Part shown: positions 9,527 to 18,357 of the stretch, in pieces
Layout: every line of letters begins with the position of its first letter
Position numbering within the stretch: the first letter of the stretch is position 1
Virus record (IMG/VR): IMGVR_UViG_3300028840_001835
Reading direction: 5' to 3' (one strand)
From: a virus
Taxonomy: Duplodnaviria > Caudoviricetes
Length of the DNA: 64,000 nucleotides
The notes under the pieces: generated by a model
The model's database searches: none
Told to the model about the DNA's origin: nothing
Seen by the model: only the letters and a program-made list of their open reading frames with translations
Made by a program: the position numbers and the translations under genes

Positions 9527-10282
9527 TTACTCGATGAAAAATATCGGTTCTTCAGATTCCCCGGATATTCTTTCCATCAACCTCTCTTTGTCCTCACGAC
9601 CCTCTGCCAGAATTTCCGACCAATTGATCGTTCCTCCAGACGGTAAAGTCATATTATACTTTCTGAGATTCTGGCCCCATTGTATCTTTGCCTCTGCCAC
9701 GGATAGGGCTTTCACCATCTCATTATTATATAAATTCTCCGCGGTTTCTCTCGAAAAACACTCCACGAGTAATATACCTGTCGCGGTAGGTGTCGGAGTG
9801 ATTAGTATCTCCCGTCTAGCACTGGAATACTGCGCGTGATAGACACGATTGAAGAAATCTTTAATATCCTCTAGGTATTGAATTGCGACCTCATACCCTG
9901 CGAGAGCCATCCCAGAATCAAGATAAGCTCCGCCCGCTGGACCGCCCGGATATCCGCCATGTATCACCCAATCCTCATAGAGTAATGAGTGCGTAGATGA
10001 GAAAAGGACATTTATTCCATTTTCTCCAAAAGTAAGCGATGTATCTATTGTGGCCTCTATATTACGATCCGCAACATCATAGGCAGAGACTCCATTTGTT
10101 ATTGAGAGTCCAAAATAATTCCTATAATTTCCCTCCCCCGTATGATGAGTTTGGAAATATTGAACAGAATCCTCTATAGCCTGATCAAGCTGTCCTTGAG
10201 AAAGTTCAATTTGAATAACAGGCGATCCCAATTTGGTGAGAACGTATGTCTCCATACCTGCGAGTGTGGTTATTCTAGCCAT
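9527..10282 (-). CDS. gp13: Neck protein gp13-like
   Basis: KLGSPVIQIELSQGQLDQAIEDSVQYF at the N-terminus; WGQNLRKYNMTLPSGGTINW at the C-terminus. Confidence 0.85.
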   Translation of the reverse strand: MARITTLAGMETYVLTKLGSPVIQIELSQGQLDQAIEDSVQYFQTHHTGEGNYRNYFGLSITNGVSAYDVADRNIEATIDTSLTFGENGINVLFSSTHSLLYEDWVIHGGYPGGPAGGAYLDSGMALAGYEVAIQYLEDIKDFFNRVYHAQYSSARREILITPTPTATGILLVECFSRETAENLYNNEMVKALSVAEAKIQWGQNLRKYNMTLPSGGTINWSEILAEGREDKERLMERISGESEEPIFFIE

Positions 10283-10284
10283 TA

Positions 10285-10581
10285 TTATTTGTTACCGAAG
10301 AAGGGTGAGAAGAATCCTTTTTTAGGCTTCTCATTATTTTCTTCAACCAATGTTTCCTTTTTTGGATTTTCATAGGGATCGATCTCTGTGAGCATTTCCC
10401 TTTTAGGTGTCTCATTTTCTTTGACAGCTTTCTTCTTATCCTGAACAATTACTCCCTGGGGAAGAACATATTTACAACCTTCACTAATCTCCATTGAGCT
10501 TAGTCCTTTAAGATCAATCGAAACGCCGTCAACGATCACAGAAACTGTTGCATTTGTAGTATTGACAATTTTCATCTCCAA
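10285..10581 (-). CDS. Hypothetical late protein
   Basis: 98-aa ORF with RBS GGAG, downstream of a late promoter. Confidence 0.6.
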   Translation of the reverse strand: MEMKIVNTTNATVSVIVDGVSIDLKGLSSMEISEGCKYVLPQGVIVQDKKKAVKENETPKREMLTEIDPYENPKKETLVEENNEKPKKGFFSPFFGNK

Positions 10582-10611
10582 AACTCCTTTACTGATTGTG
10601 GTATCTACTAA

Positions 10612-10619
10612 TATTTATA
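10612..10619 (-). promoter_or_regulatory. T4-type late promoter TATAAATA
   Basis: Exact consensus just past the gp23 terminator. Confidence 0.75.
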
Positions 10620-10634
10620 ATCGAGGGAACAAAT

Positions 10635-10665
10635 AAAAAAGGCGCTCCGTAAAGAGCGCCTTTTG
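10635..10665 (-). terminator. Rho-independent terminator after gp23
   Basis: GGCGCTC-cgtaaa-GAGCGCC stem flanked by A6 and T4 tracts. Confidence 0.85.
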
Positions 10666-10685
10666 AATAATCACCAATGTTAGAA

Positions 10686-11927
10686 TTAAATCAGGTTGGT
10701 CAAACCAGCAACGGCGAACTTCGTGTAATAACGAGATGCACCAAGCAAATTGCTAGTTATGGCATACCTAGACATAACCCCGATTCTTGGAGTGAAATCT
10801 TCCTGAGCCATAGCCCTGTTGAACAGACCGGTTACATAAGGCGAGAAGATAATACCGGCATCGGCAGTACCAGGACCCTTATATCCAACCAGAACGTTGT
10901 TATCAGTGTTATAGGTGTCACGGAAGACCCTAATTGTTCCGTTCAGTGTTCCAATCTCAGCGAATGTGTTTGAAGGATTCACATTGGCTTTGTTGGCAGT
11001 GAACAAACCATTGTTAGACAGTGCCTGCAGAGCAGTTGCAACCCTTGTTGAAACAACAACAAAGTTACCAACATCACGCCTCGTTCTGGTTCCAATGTTA
11101 TTGGACTCGAGGATTATCTTGTTGGCGAGGTTAGCGAAATGCTCCTGGGTCCAACGACCGCTTGATGCAGAGGCAGTGTAGGTACCTGCGTCAGACGCAG
11201 CGTCCTTCATGGCCTTCAACAGTTCCCTGTCGAGCTCAGCCTGAACCTCATACTGGAGAACATTCACCATCTCTCTCTCAATGTCCACACCGTGCATCGC
11301 TTTGATGTCCTGAGCGGATTCGAGTGAGAAACTAGCAGCCAGTTTCCTGGTCTTTGCTGTGATAGCAGTCTGATCAATCTTGAGTCCGAGTTCCGGAGTC
11401 TTAATCAGAGATGTATCGGTGTTGTTTCTTACAATGTTCCATGCTTCAGCGGCTGAAGTGTCAACGCCTGTTCCAGCATCAGCTGTACCAGATGTACCAC
11501 CAGCAGAAGTAGCATCGGAGCCAGTGTATCCAGAATACTGAGGCACAACATCAAATGCAGCTTCTTCACTATTTCCATCGTCCGCATAAATGAAGCGGAG
11601 AGCATAGGCGAGCCCAACGGGACCCGTCATGGCCTGCACGCCCACAACTTGGTTGGCGAACAAAGCAGGAAATGTGCGTCTTACCAGAGCCAGAGAGATC
11701 GGCGAAAAAGCACCGTCCTGCCCAGCGTGAGTCTGAGAAGCCACAGAAGTTGTGATAGCCTTACTACCTTCAAAAAGTTCTTCCTGAAGGTCAGCAGTCT
11801 TTTGGTTTTCTAACAAAATGGCCATGTTTTCTTTTACATAGTCATCAGAAATGTCGCCGACTGACATCCTTCCGATGTCTTCCCTGCTCCAATCTTCGAC
11901 CAGCTTTCTAACATAATCTTTTTCCAT
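10686..11927 (-). CDS. gp23: Major capsid protein gp23
   Basis: MAILLENQ, LVRRTFPALFANQVVGVQAMTGPVGLAYALR, RKLAASFSLESAQD...HGVDIE; start refined to ATG 11927 behind AGGAG. Confidence 0.95.
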   Translation of the reverse strand: MEKDYVRKLVEDWSREDIGRMSVGDISDDYVKENMAILLENQKTADLQEELFEGSKAITTSVASQTHAGQDGAFSPISLALVRRTFPALFANQVVGVQAMTGPVGLAYALRFIYADDGNSEEAAFDVVPQYSGYTGSDATSAGGTSGTADAGTGVDTSAAEAWNIVRNNTDTSLIKTPELGLKIDQTAITAKTRKLAASFSLESAQDIKAMHGVDIEREMVNVLQYEVQAELDRELLKAMKDAASDAGTYTASASSGRWTQEHFANLANKIILESNNIGTRTRRDVGNFVVVSTRVATALQALSNNGLFTANKANVNPSNTFAEIGTLNGTIRVFRDTYNTDNNVLVGYKGPGTADAGIIFSPYVTGLFNRAMAQEDFTPRIGVMSRYAITSNLLGASRYYTKFAVAGLTNLI

Positions 11928-11974
11928 TTTATTATCTCCTTGTTGCAAAAAATCAAACCTAAATCAGTTAAAAA

Positions 11975-11982
11975 TATTTATA
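11975..11982 (-). promoter_or_regulatory. T4-type late promoter TATAAATA
   Basis: Exact consensus upstream of gp23. Confidence 0.8.
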
Positions 11983-11987
11983 AAGGT

Positions 11988-12830
11988 TTACAATAATTTA
12001 TTGGCCGAGCTCAAAAAGTCGGCGTAAGGTCCTGCCTTCTCCTTCTTTTCTTCCTCTTCCTGTTCCTTTTTCTCTTCCTCATTGAGATCGTCCTTGTCAG
12101 AATCGTCAATTCCATCCTCATCAGAGAAATTCTTTTCTTTGTCCTTTTCCTCTTCCTCGTTCAGTTCTTCACCTTTATCTTCGGTGTCATCCTCAACGAT
12201 GGCTACAAATCTGTCGATCTTTTCCTGGACATCCTCAAAAGTCTTGCCTTCGCAAAAAGCGGAAACACGATCCTTCTGGGTCTCGGTCAAATCAACGGTC
12301 TTGTCGGAAATAAGGAGCTTAATAGCTGCGCCCTCAGCGAGCTTTGCAAGTTCGATCTTCTCAGCCATAAGATCAGAATTCTGATCCTTGAGCTGCTGAA
12401 TCTCTTCCTTACTATCTGCAATAGCCTTTTCACCATCAGAGTCCAGTTCCACATACTTTTCTTCGAAAAGCTGCTTGATACCGTCCACGAGGGGCTTCAG
12501 TGATTCATTGATTGCGATCTTCTTGAGAGTTTCCTCGGAAATCTGCTCGGAGATTTCGACCTCTAGGAACTTGTCAAGTCTCTCGACCATCGTGTCCTCG
12601 AGTTCATCCATCTTCTTATCGTACTCAGCGATAAGTGCTTCCTTTTCCTTGTCAACCCCTTCAGCGATCTTCATCTGGCAAAATTCCTCAGCCTTCTCAT
12701 CGAGCTCCTTGGTCTTTTCCTCGACTCTCAATGCGACCTCGTCATCCACCATCTTCTGAATGCCTTCCTCAATTGTTTTTAAATCTTCAGGCGAAAGAAC
12801 TTCCTTAAGTTTTTCAGTAATCTTACTCAT
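11988..12830 (-). CDS. gp22: Prohead core scaffold gp22
   Basis: Highly acidic coiled coil lying between gp21 and gp23; contains LxE protease sites. Confidence 0.85.
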   Translation of the reverse strand: MSKITEKLKEVLSPEDLKTIEEGIQKMVDDEVALRVEEKTKELDEKAEEFCQMKIAEGVDKEKEALIAEYDKKMDELEDTMVERLDKFLEVEISEQISEETLKKIAINESLKPLVDGIKQLFEEKYVELDSDGEKAIADSKEEIQQLKDQNSDLMAEKIELAKLAEGAAIKLLISDKTVDLTETQKDRVSAFCEGKTFEDVQEKIDRFVAIVEDDTEDKGEELNEEEEKDKEKNFSDEDGIDDSDKDDLNEEEKKEQEEEEKKEKAGPYADFLSSANKLL

Positions 12831-12884
12831 TTATCGTTCCTCCTAAAAGTTTAAAACCATATTCAAGTGATATATGATTAAAAT

Positions 12885-12892
12885 TATTTATA
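12885..12892 (-). promoter_or_regulatory. T4-type late promoter TATAAATA
   Basis: Exact consensus upstream of gp22. Confidence 0.8.
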
Positions 12893-12900
12893 AATCCAAA

Positions 12901-12940
12901 AAACAAAAAATGCTTGGTTTTGGGTCAACCAAGCATTCTT
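12901..12940 (-). terminator. Rho-independent terminator after gp21
   Basis: aatgcttggtt-ttgggtc-aaccaagcatt 11-bp stem with an A-tract on the left. Confidence 0.75.
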
Positions 12941-12964
12941 TGCTACTAATATATGTATGGGTTA

Positions 12965-13621
12965 TTATTTTCTACGTCCAGCCCAGCCGACCTTGATGTT
13001 ATCAAGAAAATCACTAAATGCTGCCGCGATCTCTCTGGAACCGTTTTTCTTCACGTTATTCTCCAAAGTATCGACTGCCTTCTCCACGATTCTGTTGTTA
13101 TTTATGATGAACTCTTTGTTCTCCAAGATACCATCAACAAAAGCATCCGGGGCCGATGGGTCAGCAACTATATCAACTGTTATAAGTTTGAAATCATCAT
13201 TCACCTTCGGACCATTAAGAGAACCTACACCCCTTGTCGATACACCGAGTTTTGTTCCGGCCTCGAGTAATGTATGTGCGATTCGTCCCTTTGGCGTATC
13301 CAGAATCTTTGCGACACCAATCCCGTTGTTTCCTTCCATAGAAAGAGATTCAATAAGATGGGACACACGTTCCAGATTTACTGTTGGTGACGGAGGATGG
13401 TCAAGTTCACCAAATGACCTTTTCTCTTTAATCTTTTCTTTGTTGAAACATTCAACCTCTCTCATAAGGAGGTTCTTCTCGTAAATTCGACCATTTCTAT
13501 TCTTGACCTCTGCTTGAAGAAAAGGACCTTTAATCCGAAAAGCCTTAGCTTTTCCATTATCATCCTGTTCACATACAATGTCAAGGTCTTGATGTTCGAT
13601 ATATTCCGTAATAAGTAGCAT
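12965..13621 (-). CDS. gp21: Prohead protease gp21
   Basis: IKGPFLQAEVKNRNGRIY, GELDHP, LGVSTRGVGSL, DIVADPSAPDAFV. Confidence 0.95.
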   Translation of the reverse strand: MLLITEYIEHQDLDIVCEQDDNGKAKAFRIKGPFLQAEVKNRNGRIYEKNLLMREVECFNKEKIKEKRSFGELDHPPSPTVNLERVSHLIESLSMEGNNGIGVAKILDTPKGRIAHTLLEAGTKLGVSTRGVGSLNGPKVNDDFKLITVDIVADPSAPDAFVDGILENKEFIINNNRIVEKAVDTLENNVKKNGSREIAAAFSDFLDNIKVGWAGRRK

Positions 13622-13623
13622 TG

Positions 13624-13794
13624 TTACACCCCTGATCTTACTTTGTCGATAAACTCCTTCTTACTGTCAATGATTTTATTATGTATCTTTTTGGCAACAA
13701 CAGACTCCACATCGTCTTTTAACGAGGAAAAGTCCTTGTCATGCAACTTGCCCAATAAAGTACCATCATTAACTTTCTTCTCATCATTTTCCAT
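13624..13794 (-). CDS. Small prohead core protein, gp67-like by position (56 aa; not in track)
   Basis: Hand-translated MENDEKKVNDGTLLGKLHDKDFSSLKDDVESVVAKKIHNKIIDSKKEFIDKVRSGV*; RBS GGAG; lies between gp20 and gp21. Confidence 0.6.
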   Translation of the reverse strand: MENDEKKVNDGTLLGKLHDKDFSSLKDDVESVVAKKIHNKIIDSKKEFIDKVRSGV

Positions 13795-13825
13795 AATATG
13801 AACTCCTTTTAATGTACTTTAAATG

Positions 13826-13833
13826 TATTTATA
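13826..13833 (-). promoter_or_regulatory. T4-type late promoter TATAAATA
   Basis: Exact consensus overlapping the gp20 stop codon. Confidence 0.75.
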
Positions 13834-15574
13834 ATACCTTCTTGGTTTTTCTGGGCCTCTTTAGGAAATCCTTGACCAATTTACTATTTTTATGATATGA
13901 CCTATCGCCAGGCATTTCTAATGACTCCTCTTCCTCTTCGGGTTCTCTTGGAGCTTCCTCCGGAGGTGGTTTTTCAGGACCCTCTGGTTTCTTTTCTGGA
14001 GATCCTCCCTCCTCATCACCTTCGTCTCCTTCATCACCTTCCTCATCCTCATCGGATGGCATATCCTCAATCGCCTTCTTTTCCTTCTTCAGCAATCTTT
14101 GATTCTTTGCCCACTCCTCATCAGACATCATAAAGTAATCACGTAACACCAGTTCTCTTGCAAGAGGATTATTAGGCTCGTCCTCGTTGATGGCATATGT
14201 AATGGCCGTTCCGAGTATATTCAATCTGGATTCAAGTAACTCTAAGTCCTTGATCTCCTTAAAGAAGTTCGCCTGTGTAAAATACACATCAAAGAAATTT
14301 GAATTGATATATTTCTTAATCTTGGCATCTTTTCCAAACTTGAATTTTAATTGCTCCATGAATGTATCTTTTATGAGCTTTCTAAATCGTTTCTGTAATC
14401 TTATAATGAATAGACTAAATTTCAATTCATCTCTATCCATCTCTCGCCCAGACTGATAAGACTGTTGCCCGAGCTGTGGATCCCATCTGGTCTTTGGTAT
14501 CTTCAATGTCTTATACATCTTGCCCTGAAAATAACGGACGTCCTCGAGTTCACCAAGATTCATTCCGCTCTGTAATGTTTCGACATTCGTTCCAGAACCT
14601 TCTCGTCTTGCAAACCAGAAGTCTTCAGATAATGATTGAACATTTCTTGAACTGTCTATAGCGCCCGTTGCGGGATTATAATTAAGCTGTCTCTTATATT
14701 TGTGTATAATCTTCCTGATGTATTCCTCTGCTTTATGAGAAGGCATTCTTCCGACCTCGATGTTCCATACCCTTCTCTCCGGGGCACGGACAAGTCTATA
14801 TACAACAAGCGAATCTTCCAGATTCTTTAACTGGTTGTATGTTCTTATAGAGGTCTCTAAATAACCACGAATATCAAGTAGATTTCTTCCATACTTACCA
14901 TAATGAACATATACAACCTGATTAGACTCAAATGCCTTGAGATCATCTTTTCCAGTTCGTTCATCATATACATTCTGTAAAAATCCCTTGATAGACCCAG
15001 TAGGATTATATACAGGATATGTGGTGAACGCAGGAAGTACCTTGTATCCAATCACGTTCTTTCGTTTCTTATCAAGTATTAGCTCCACATAAAGCTCACC
15101 CTCAATTAGCCATTTCAAAAACAGGTCATATAAATTCTCATTCACATCAAATACATCTTTGGAAACATACTCAAATTCTTTGGTGAATAATTTTTCAACC
15201 CTTTTTGGTAGCTCCTTCTTAATGTTTAGATGAATAATGTTACCCTCTGAATCCTCGACTATACTCTCATCAGAGATTATATCTAACCCCTCAGAAATCT
15301 CTGGGTAATAAGACATTTCCCTATACTTAGCGATTCTCTGTCGCTTGTCAATGAAAATTTGATTGAAGTTTATACCCGTGTTAGTGTAATCGCCATAGGC
15401 ATAACCGGGTATATTATACTTGGTATGTGGTGAAAAGAAGTCATACTCGATCTCAGACATACCCTGAGAATTGCTCTCAATCTGTCGCTGGATCTCCTGG
15501 TTGATCAGATCATTTTGTCTGAACGCCTTTGAGAACGGGTTAACAAACTTTAGATTATCCAAAAAACTCGCCAT
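13829..15574 (-). CDS. gp20: Portal protein gp20
   Basis: KYREMSYYPEI, LEDSLVVYRLVRAPERRVWNIEVG, EDFWFARREG..GTNVETL. Confidence 0.95.
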   Translation of the reverse strand: MASFLDNLKFVNPFSKAFRQNDLINQEIQRQIESNSQGMSEIEYDFFSPHTKYNIPGYAYGDYTNTGINFNQIFIDKRQRIAKYREMSYYPEISEGLDIISDESIVEDSEGNIIHLNIKKELPKRVEKLFTKEFEYVSKDVFDVNENLYDLFLKWLIEGELYVELILDKKRKNVIGYKVLPAFTTYPVYNPTGSIKGFLQNVYDERTGKDDLKAFESNQVVYVHYGKYGRNLLDIRGYLETSIRTYNQLKNLEDSLVVYRLVRAPERRVWNIEVGRMPSHKAEEYIRKIIHKYKRQLNYNPATGAIDSSRNVQSLSEDFWFARREGSGTNVETLQSGMNLGELEDVRYFQGKMYKTLKIPKTRWDPQLGQQSYQSGREMDRDELKFSLFIIRLQKRFRKLIKDTFMEQLKFKFGKDAKIKKYINSNFFDVYFTQANFFKEIKDLELLESRLNILGTAITYAINEDEPNNPLARELVLRDYFMMSDEEWAKNQRLLKKEKKAIEDMPSDEDEEGDEGDEGDEEGGSPEKKPEGPEKPPPEEAPREPEEEEESLEMPGDRSYHKNSKLVKDFLKRPRKTKKVL

Positions 15575-15601
15575 CTATAAACCTCTTGTTATGTACACTA
15601 A

Positions 15602-15609
15602 TATTTATA
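15602..15609 (-). promoter_or_regulatory. T4-type late promoter TATAAATA
   Basis: Exact consensus upstream of gp20. Confidence 0.8.
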
Positions 15610-16143
15610 TTAATCCCTCGGAACCGTTATAAAGTTCTTCTCCACGATTCCGATGTTTATTCCGTAATATGTTCTCGCATAAAATTTCAATGTCTCCTCG
15701 ACAGCGGTGTTTGGAATTCTTCTCATGGCAAAAATTCTATTCATCCTATAATGTCGGGTACACGCATTCGCTGCTTTCTTATAAAGAAAATGCAACCTCT
15801 GATATCTAATAAGTCTTAATAACCTCTTGTCCTCATTTATCTGCTCCTTTGATACCTCCATCACACGATCCAACCAAAACTGTCTTGCGGCTATTGGAAG
15901 ATGGTGAAAATTTAGACCTCGGATCATGTCGTTATCTCCCTTGTCCTTATACTTATCATAGGAGAACACAAAAGGCATGAGATCATAAAACTTAATCTTC
16001 TCATATGGAAGCGTCCTATCTATCTTATATGTAAACGCATAAAAGTAACCAGGACGCATAATCCTGGTTCTTGGAAATTGCTTTAGATGTTCGATATATC
16101 TCTGTAGAACACCATATGTTGCTCTGTCAGGTTTTGCTGGCAT
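15610..16143 (-). CDS. gp2: DNA end protector gp2-like
   Basis: PGYFYAFTY...TLPY...YDLMPFVF...GLNFHHLPIAAR resembles the gp2 core. Confidence 0.65.
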   Translation of the reverse strand: MPAKPDRATYGVLQRYIEHLKQFPRTRIMRPGYFYAFTYKIDRTLPYEKIKFYDLMPFVFSYDKYKDKGDNDMIRGLNFHHLPIAARQFWLDRVMEVSKEQINEDKRLLRLIRYQRLHFLYKKAANACTRHYRMNRIFAMRRIPNTAVEETLKFYARTYYGINIGIVEKNFITVPRD

Positions 16144-16466
16144 TAGGCATACTTCTTAAGGAACTTTCTCCATTCCTCTTCCTTTTTCTTTTCCTTATCA
16201 CGATGGGTTCCCATCCTAAAAGCAAAGTTTGCCGAACCACCAGGGGTTGCTGCATTACCGACCGACGTGGTCGTTATATTAGCCATGGAACTTTCTATAT
16301 TAAGCATCTTCTTTAATATACCAACTACATAAGGATAAAAATTTTCATCTTCCTCTGCTCTTCCATCATCAACTGCGATCTGTTTCGCCTTCTTCCATAG
16401 CCTCTCAACCTCTTCCTCTGATTTACCAGATTTATCTGCGAACGGTTTGATTATATTTGCAGGCAT
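16143..16466 (-). CDS. Hypothetical protein
   Basis: 107-aa ORF with RBS GGAGG, translationally coupled. Confidence 0.65.
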   Translation of the reverse strand: MPANIIKPFADKSGKSEEEVERLWKKAKQIAVDDGRAEEDENFYPYVVGILKKMLNIESSMANITTTSVGNAATPGGSANFAFRMGTHRDKEKKKEEEWRKFLKKYA

Positions 16467-16468
16467 TA

Positions 16469-16873
16469 TTAGCCTCCTCTTTCTTGTTCGTGTTTTATCT
16501 CACAATCATCACATCTAACCTTCTTCCACATCCCAAATCTCAATCGTCCAGGTGCGCCGCAGGTCTCGCAGGTCTCATATGATCTATTTTCAAACTCCAA
16601 GAGAATGTCCCTAACCTCTCTCTCTATCTCTGAACTAGGTCTACAATATATTCTAAGTCCGCCAAACTTCTCTTTGACCTGTATAAAGTTTATGGCGTAT
16701 TTATCACCTGCCAGTTTCTCCAATCTCTCAAAGCATTCCCAAAGCAGCCCAGCCCAGCCATAATCAACAGCAAAACCAAAACTCATTAAGCTCTGAGATG
16801 TATCCACGTTCCGACCATCCGGAAATAACTTCCTGAATCTCAGGAACATATTCTTTTCAATATTTTCAATCAT
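16469..16873 (-). CDS. Hypothetical phage protein (QVKEKFGGLR motif, C-terminal CxxC pairs)
   Basis: QVKEKFGGLRIY...CETCG...CDDC. Confidence 0.65.
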   Translation of the reverse strand: MIENIEKNMFLRFRKLFPDGRNVDTSQSLMSFGFAVDYGWAGLLWECFERLEKLAGDKYAINFIQVKEKFGGLRIYCRPSSEIEREVRDILLEFENRSYETCETCGAPGRLRFGMWKKVRCDDCEIKHEQERGG

Positions 16874-16880
16874 AATTCAA

Positions 16881-17060
16881 TTAAAGTAAATGTCTGACTT
16901 CGTAAAATCTATTCTTATAACATGCTACAACCGATACGTTGTCATTAGGGAATCTATAAGTAAAAATATAAGGGGATTGTTTATGGAGTTCTGGGTATTC
17001 TTGGATGTTACCTATAATTATGAAATTTCCCCTTTTTGAAAACTCACTGATCTCCCTCAT
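16881..17060 (-). CDS. Hypothetical protein (59 aa; not in track)
   Basis: Hand-translated MREISEFSKRGNFIIIGNIQ...; RBS GGAGG; fills the intergenic gap. Confidence 0.55.
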   Translation of the reverse strand: MREISEFSKRGNFIIIGNIQEYPELHKQSPYIFTYRFPNDNVSVVACYKNRFYEVRHLL

Positions 17061-17538
17061 TCTCAGCCTCCCGCTGCTTCTTAAACTCGTACATCTCTTC
17101 AGCGATCATTAAATTGAAAAATTCATCATAATCAAAATCATATGAATCGATCAGCTGTTCGATATCTTGCTTGACCCTCTTTACTGCAGCACGCCTTTCC
17201 ACATTTCCAATGACCACTAAATTATCATAGAAATCATCATCCAGAACAGTCTGTAGATATATGAACCTATTTAGTTTTGCAACCCTTGAACCTAAAAGAG
17301 CCTTGACCTTAAACATTATTTGATCAAACAAAGTAACAGCGTTACGCTCCTCCTTTGTCTCTGGCTCCTTTATCATCTTTCCCGATTTATCTATAAGACC
17401 CAGTTTGAATGCTTTAGAATTCTGGATGGGAGTAATTAGTTTCTTGAGAACCATAAAAGACATAACACTTTTGACCTTCTCCTCATTCGATACATCGATC
17501 TTGTCTGCCTTCTTTTTCTTCTTTTCTTTCGCCATCAT
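17044..17538 (-). CDS. Conserved T4-like hypothetical protein
   Basis: KKLITPIQNSKAFKLGLIDKSGK motif typical of a T4-like conserved ORF. Confidence 0.6.
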   Translation of the reverse strand: MMAKEKKKKKADKIDVSNEEKVKSVMSFMVLKKLITPIQNSKAFKLGLIDKSGKMIKEPETKEERNAVTLFDQIMFKVKALLGSRVAKLNRFIYLQTVLDDDFYDNLVVIGNVERRAAVKRVKQDIEQLIDSYDFDYDEFFNLMIAEEMYEFKKQREAENEGDQ

Positions 17539-17545
17539 TGAATCC

Positions 17546-18001
17546 TTATTCTATCGTGAGCAACCCTTCATTATTCCACTGAAGAGTAAATGGGCCATTT
17601 GTTGATATACGAGTCACTGAGAGATCATAATACGCAAGTGGAATACCCGTTTCGGGTGTCGCCCCCTTTAGATACATCAAAGCACCGCCAGCAGAGATCG
17701 TTGAATTTGTCCATGTGAGATCATCGGCATCAATATATCCGATTCCGCCTGTTGCAGATACTATCACATTCTGTAAATATTGTCCCGGTGATGAATAACC
17801 AGTACCAGATACTTGTGTAAGAGGCAACGATGTATCCCCTAAAGGACTAATAGACATCACGTCCTCGACAGTCGCCGCGCTCGTTATTATAGTTGCGTTG
17901 GACTCTTGAACGAGTGCGACACCAACAGCATTAGCCGATGTGAGATCCACACCCACATCGTAAACAAATTGCTTCAATTTGTCAAAAGCAGCATGAGCCA
18001 T
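17546..18001 (-). CDS. Virion structural protein
   Basis: 151 aa; DADDLTWTNSTI...YYDL...GPFTLQWN typical of small phage structural proteins. Confidence 0.6.
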   Translation of the reverse strand: MAHAAFDKLKQFVYDVGVDLTSANAVGVALVQESNATIITSAATVEDVMSISPLGDTSLPLTQVSGTGYSSPGQYLQNVIVSATGGIGYIDADDLTWTNSTISAGGALMYLKGATPETGIPLAYYDLSVTRISTNGPFTLQWNNEGLLTIE

Positions 18002-18020
18002 AATATACTCCCAATTTTAA

Positions 18021-18311
18021 TTAAACATAACGGCTGGCTTCGTCAATGACCTCCTTCTGGGCATCATTCTGAGTTGCTTCCTTCAGCAAATTCTGGGCGA
18101 TGACTGTTGAAGCATCACTCAACTGTTTCATGAATTTGTTACTGAGGGGATCCTCTGAAAGTGCGATACCCTTTAGAAGTTGAACGGCCTTCATCTGGGC
18201 TTCATTGTCTTTGCCCCAATCCGTTTCACCGAGGGACTTAATAACGCCTTTTACATCGACCTTCTTTTCCTGCTCCTCGACCTTCTCTTCCTTTTTCTTC
18301 TCTTCAGACAT
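18021..18311 (-). CDS. Hypothetical late protein
   Basis: 96-aa ORF with RBS AGGAG and an upstream late promoter. Confidence 0.6.
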   Translation of the reverse strand: MSEEKKKEEKVEEQEKKVDVKGVIKSLGETDWGKDNEAQMKAVQLLKGIALSEDPLSNKFMKQLSDASTVIAQNLLKEATQNDAQKEVIDEASRYV

Positions 18312-18345
18312 TTCACTTCTCCTTTTTAAAATGAACTGTTACTCA

Positions 18346-18353
18346 TATTTATA
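18346..18353 (-). promoter_or_regulatory. T4-type late promoter TATAAATA
   Basis: Exact consensus, intergenic. Confidence 0.75.
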
Positions 18354-18357
18354 AAAA

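Noticed and set aside
185-9646. Many plus-strand ORFs in the track (e.g. 5762-6307, 6756-7088)
   Set aside because: They are antisense shadows of well-supported minus-strand genes and have no RBS or recognisable motifs.
12082-12759. Ser-rich plus-strand ORFs (also 26260-26544)
   Set aside because: They are the antisense reading of E/K/D-rich genes (gp22 and the charged peptide).
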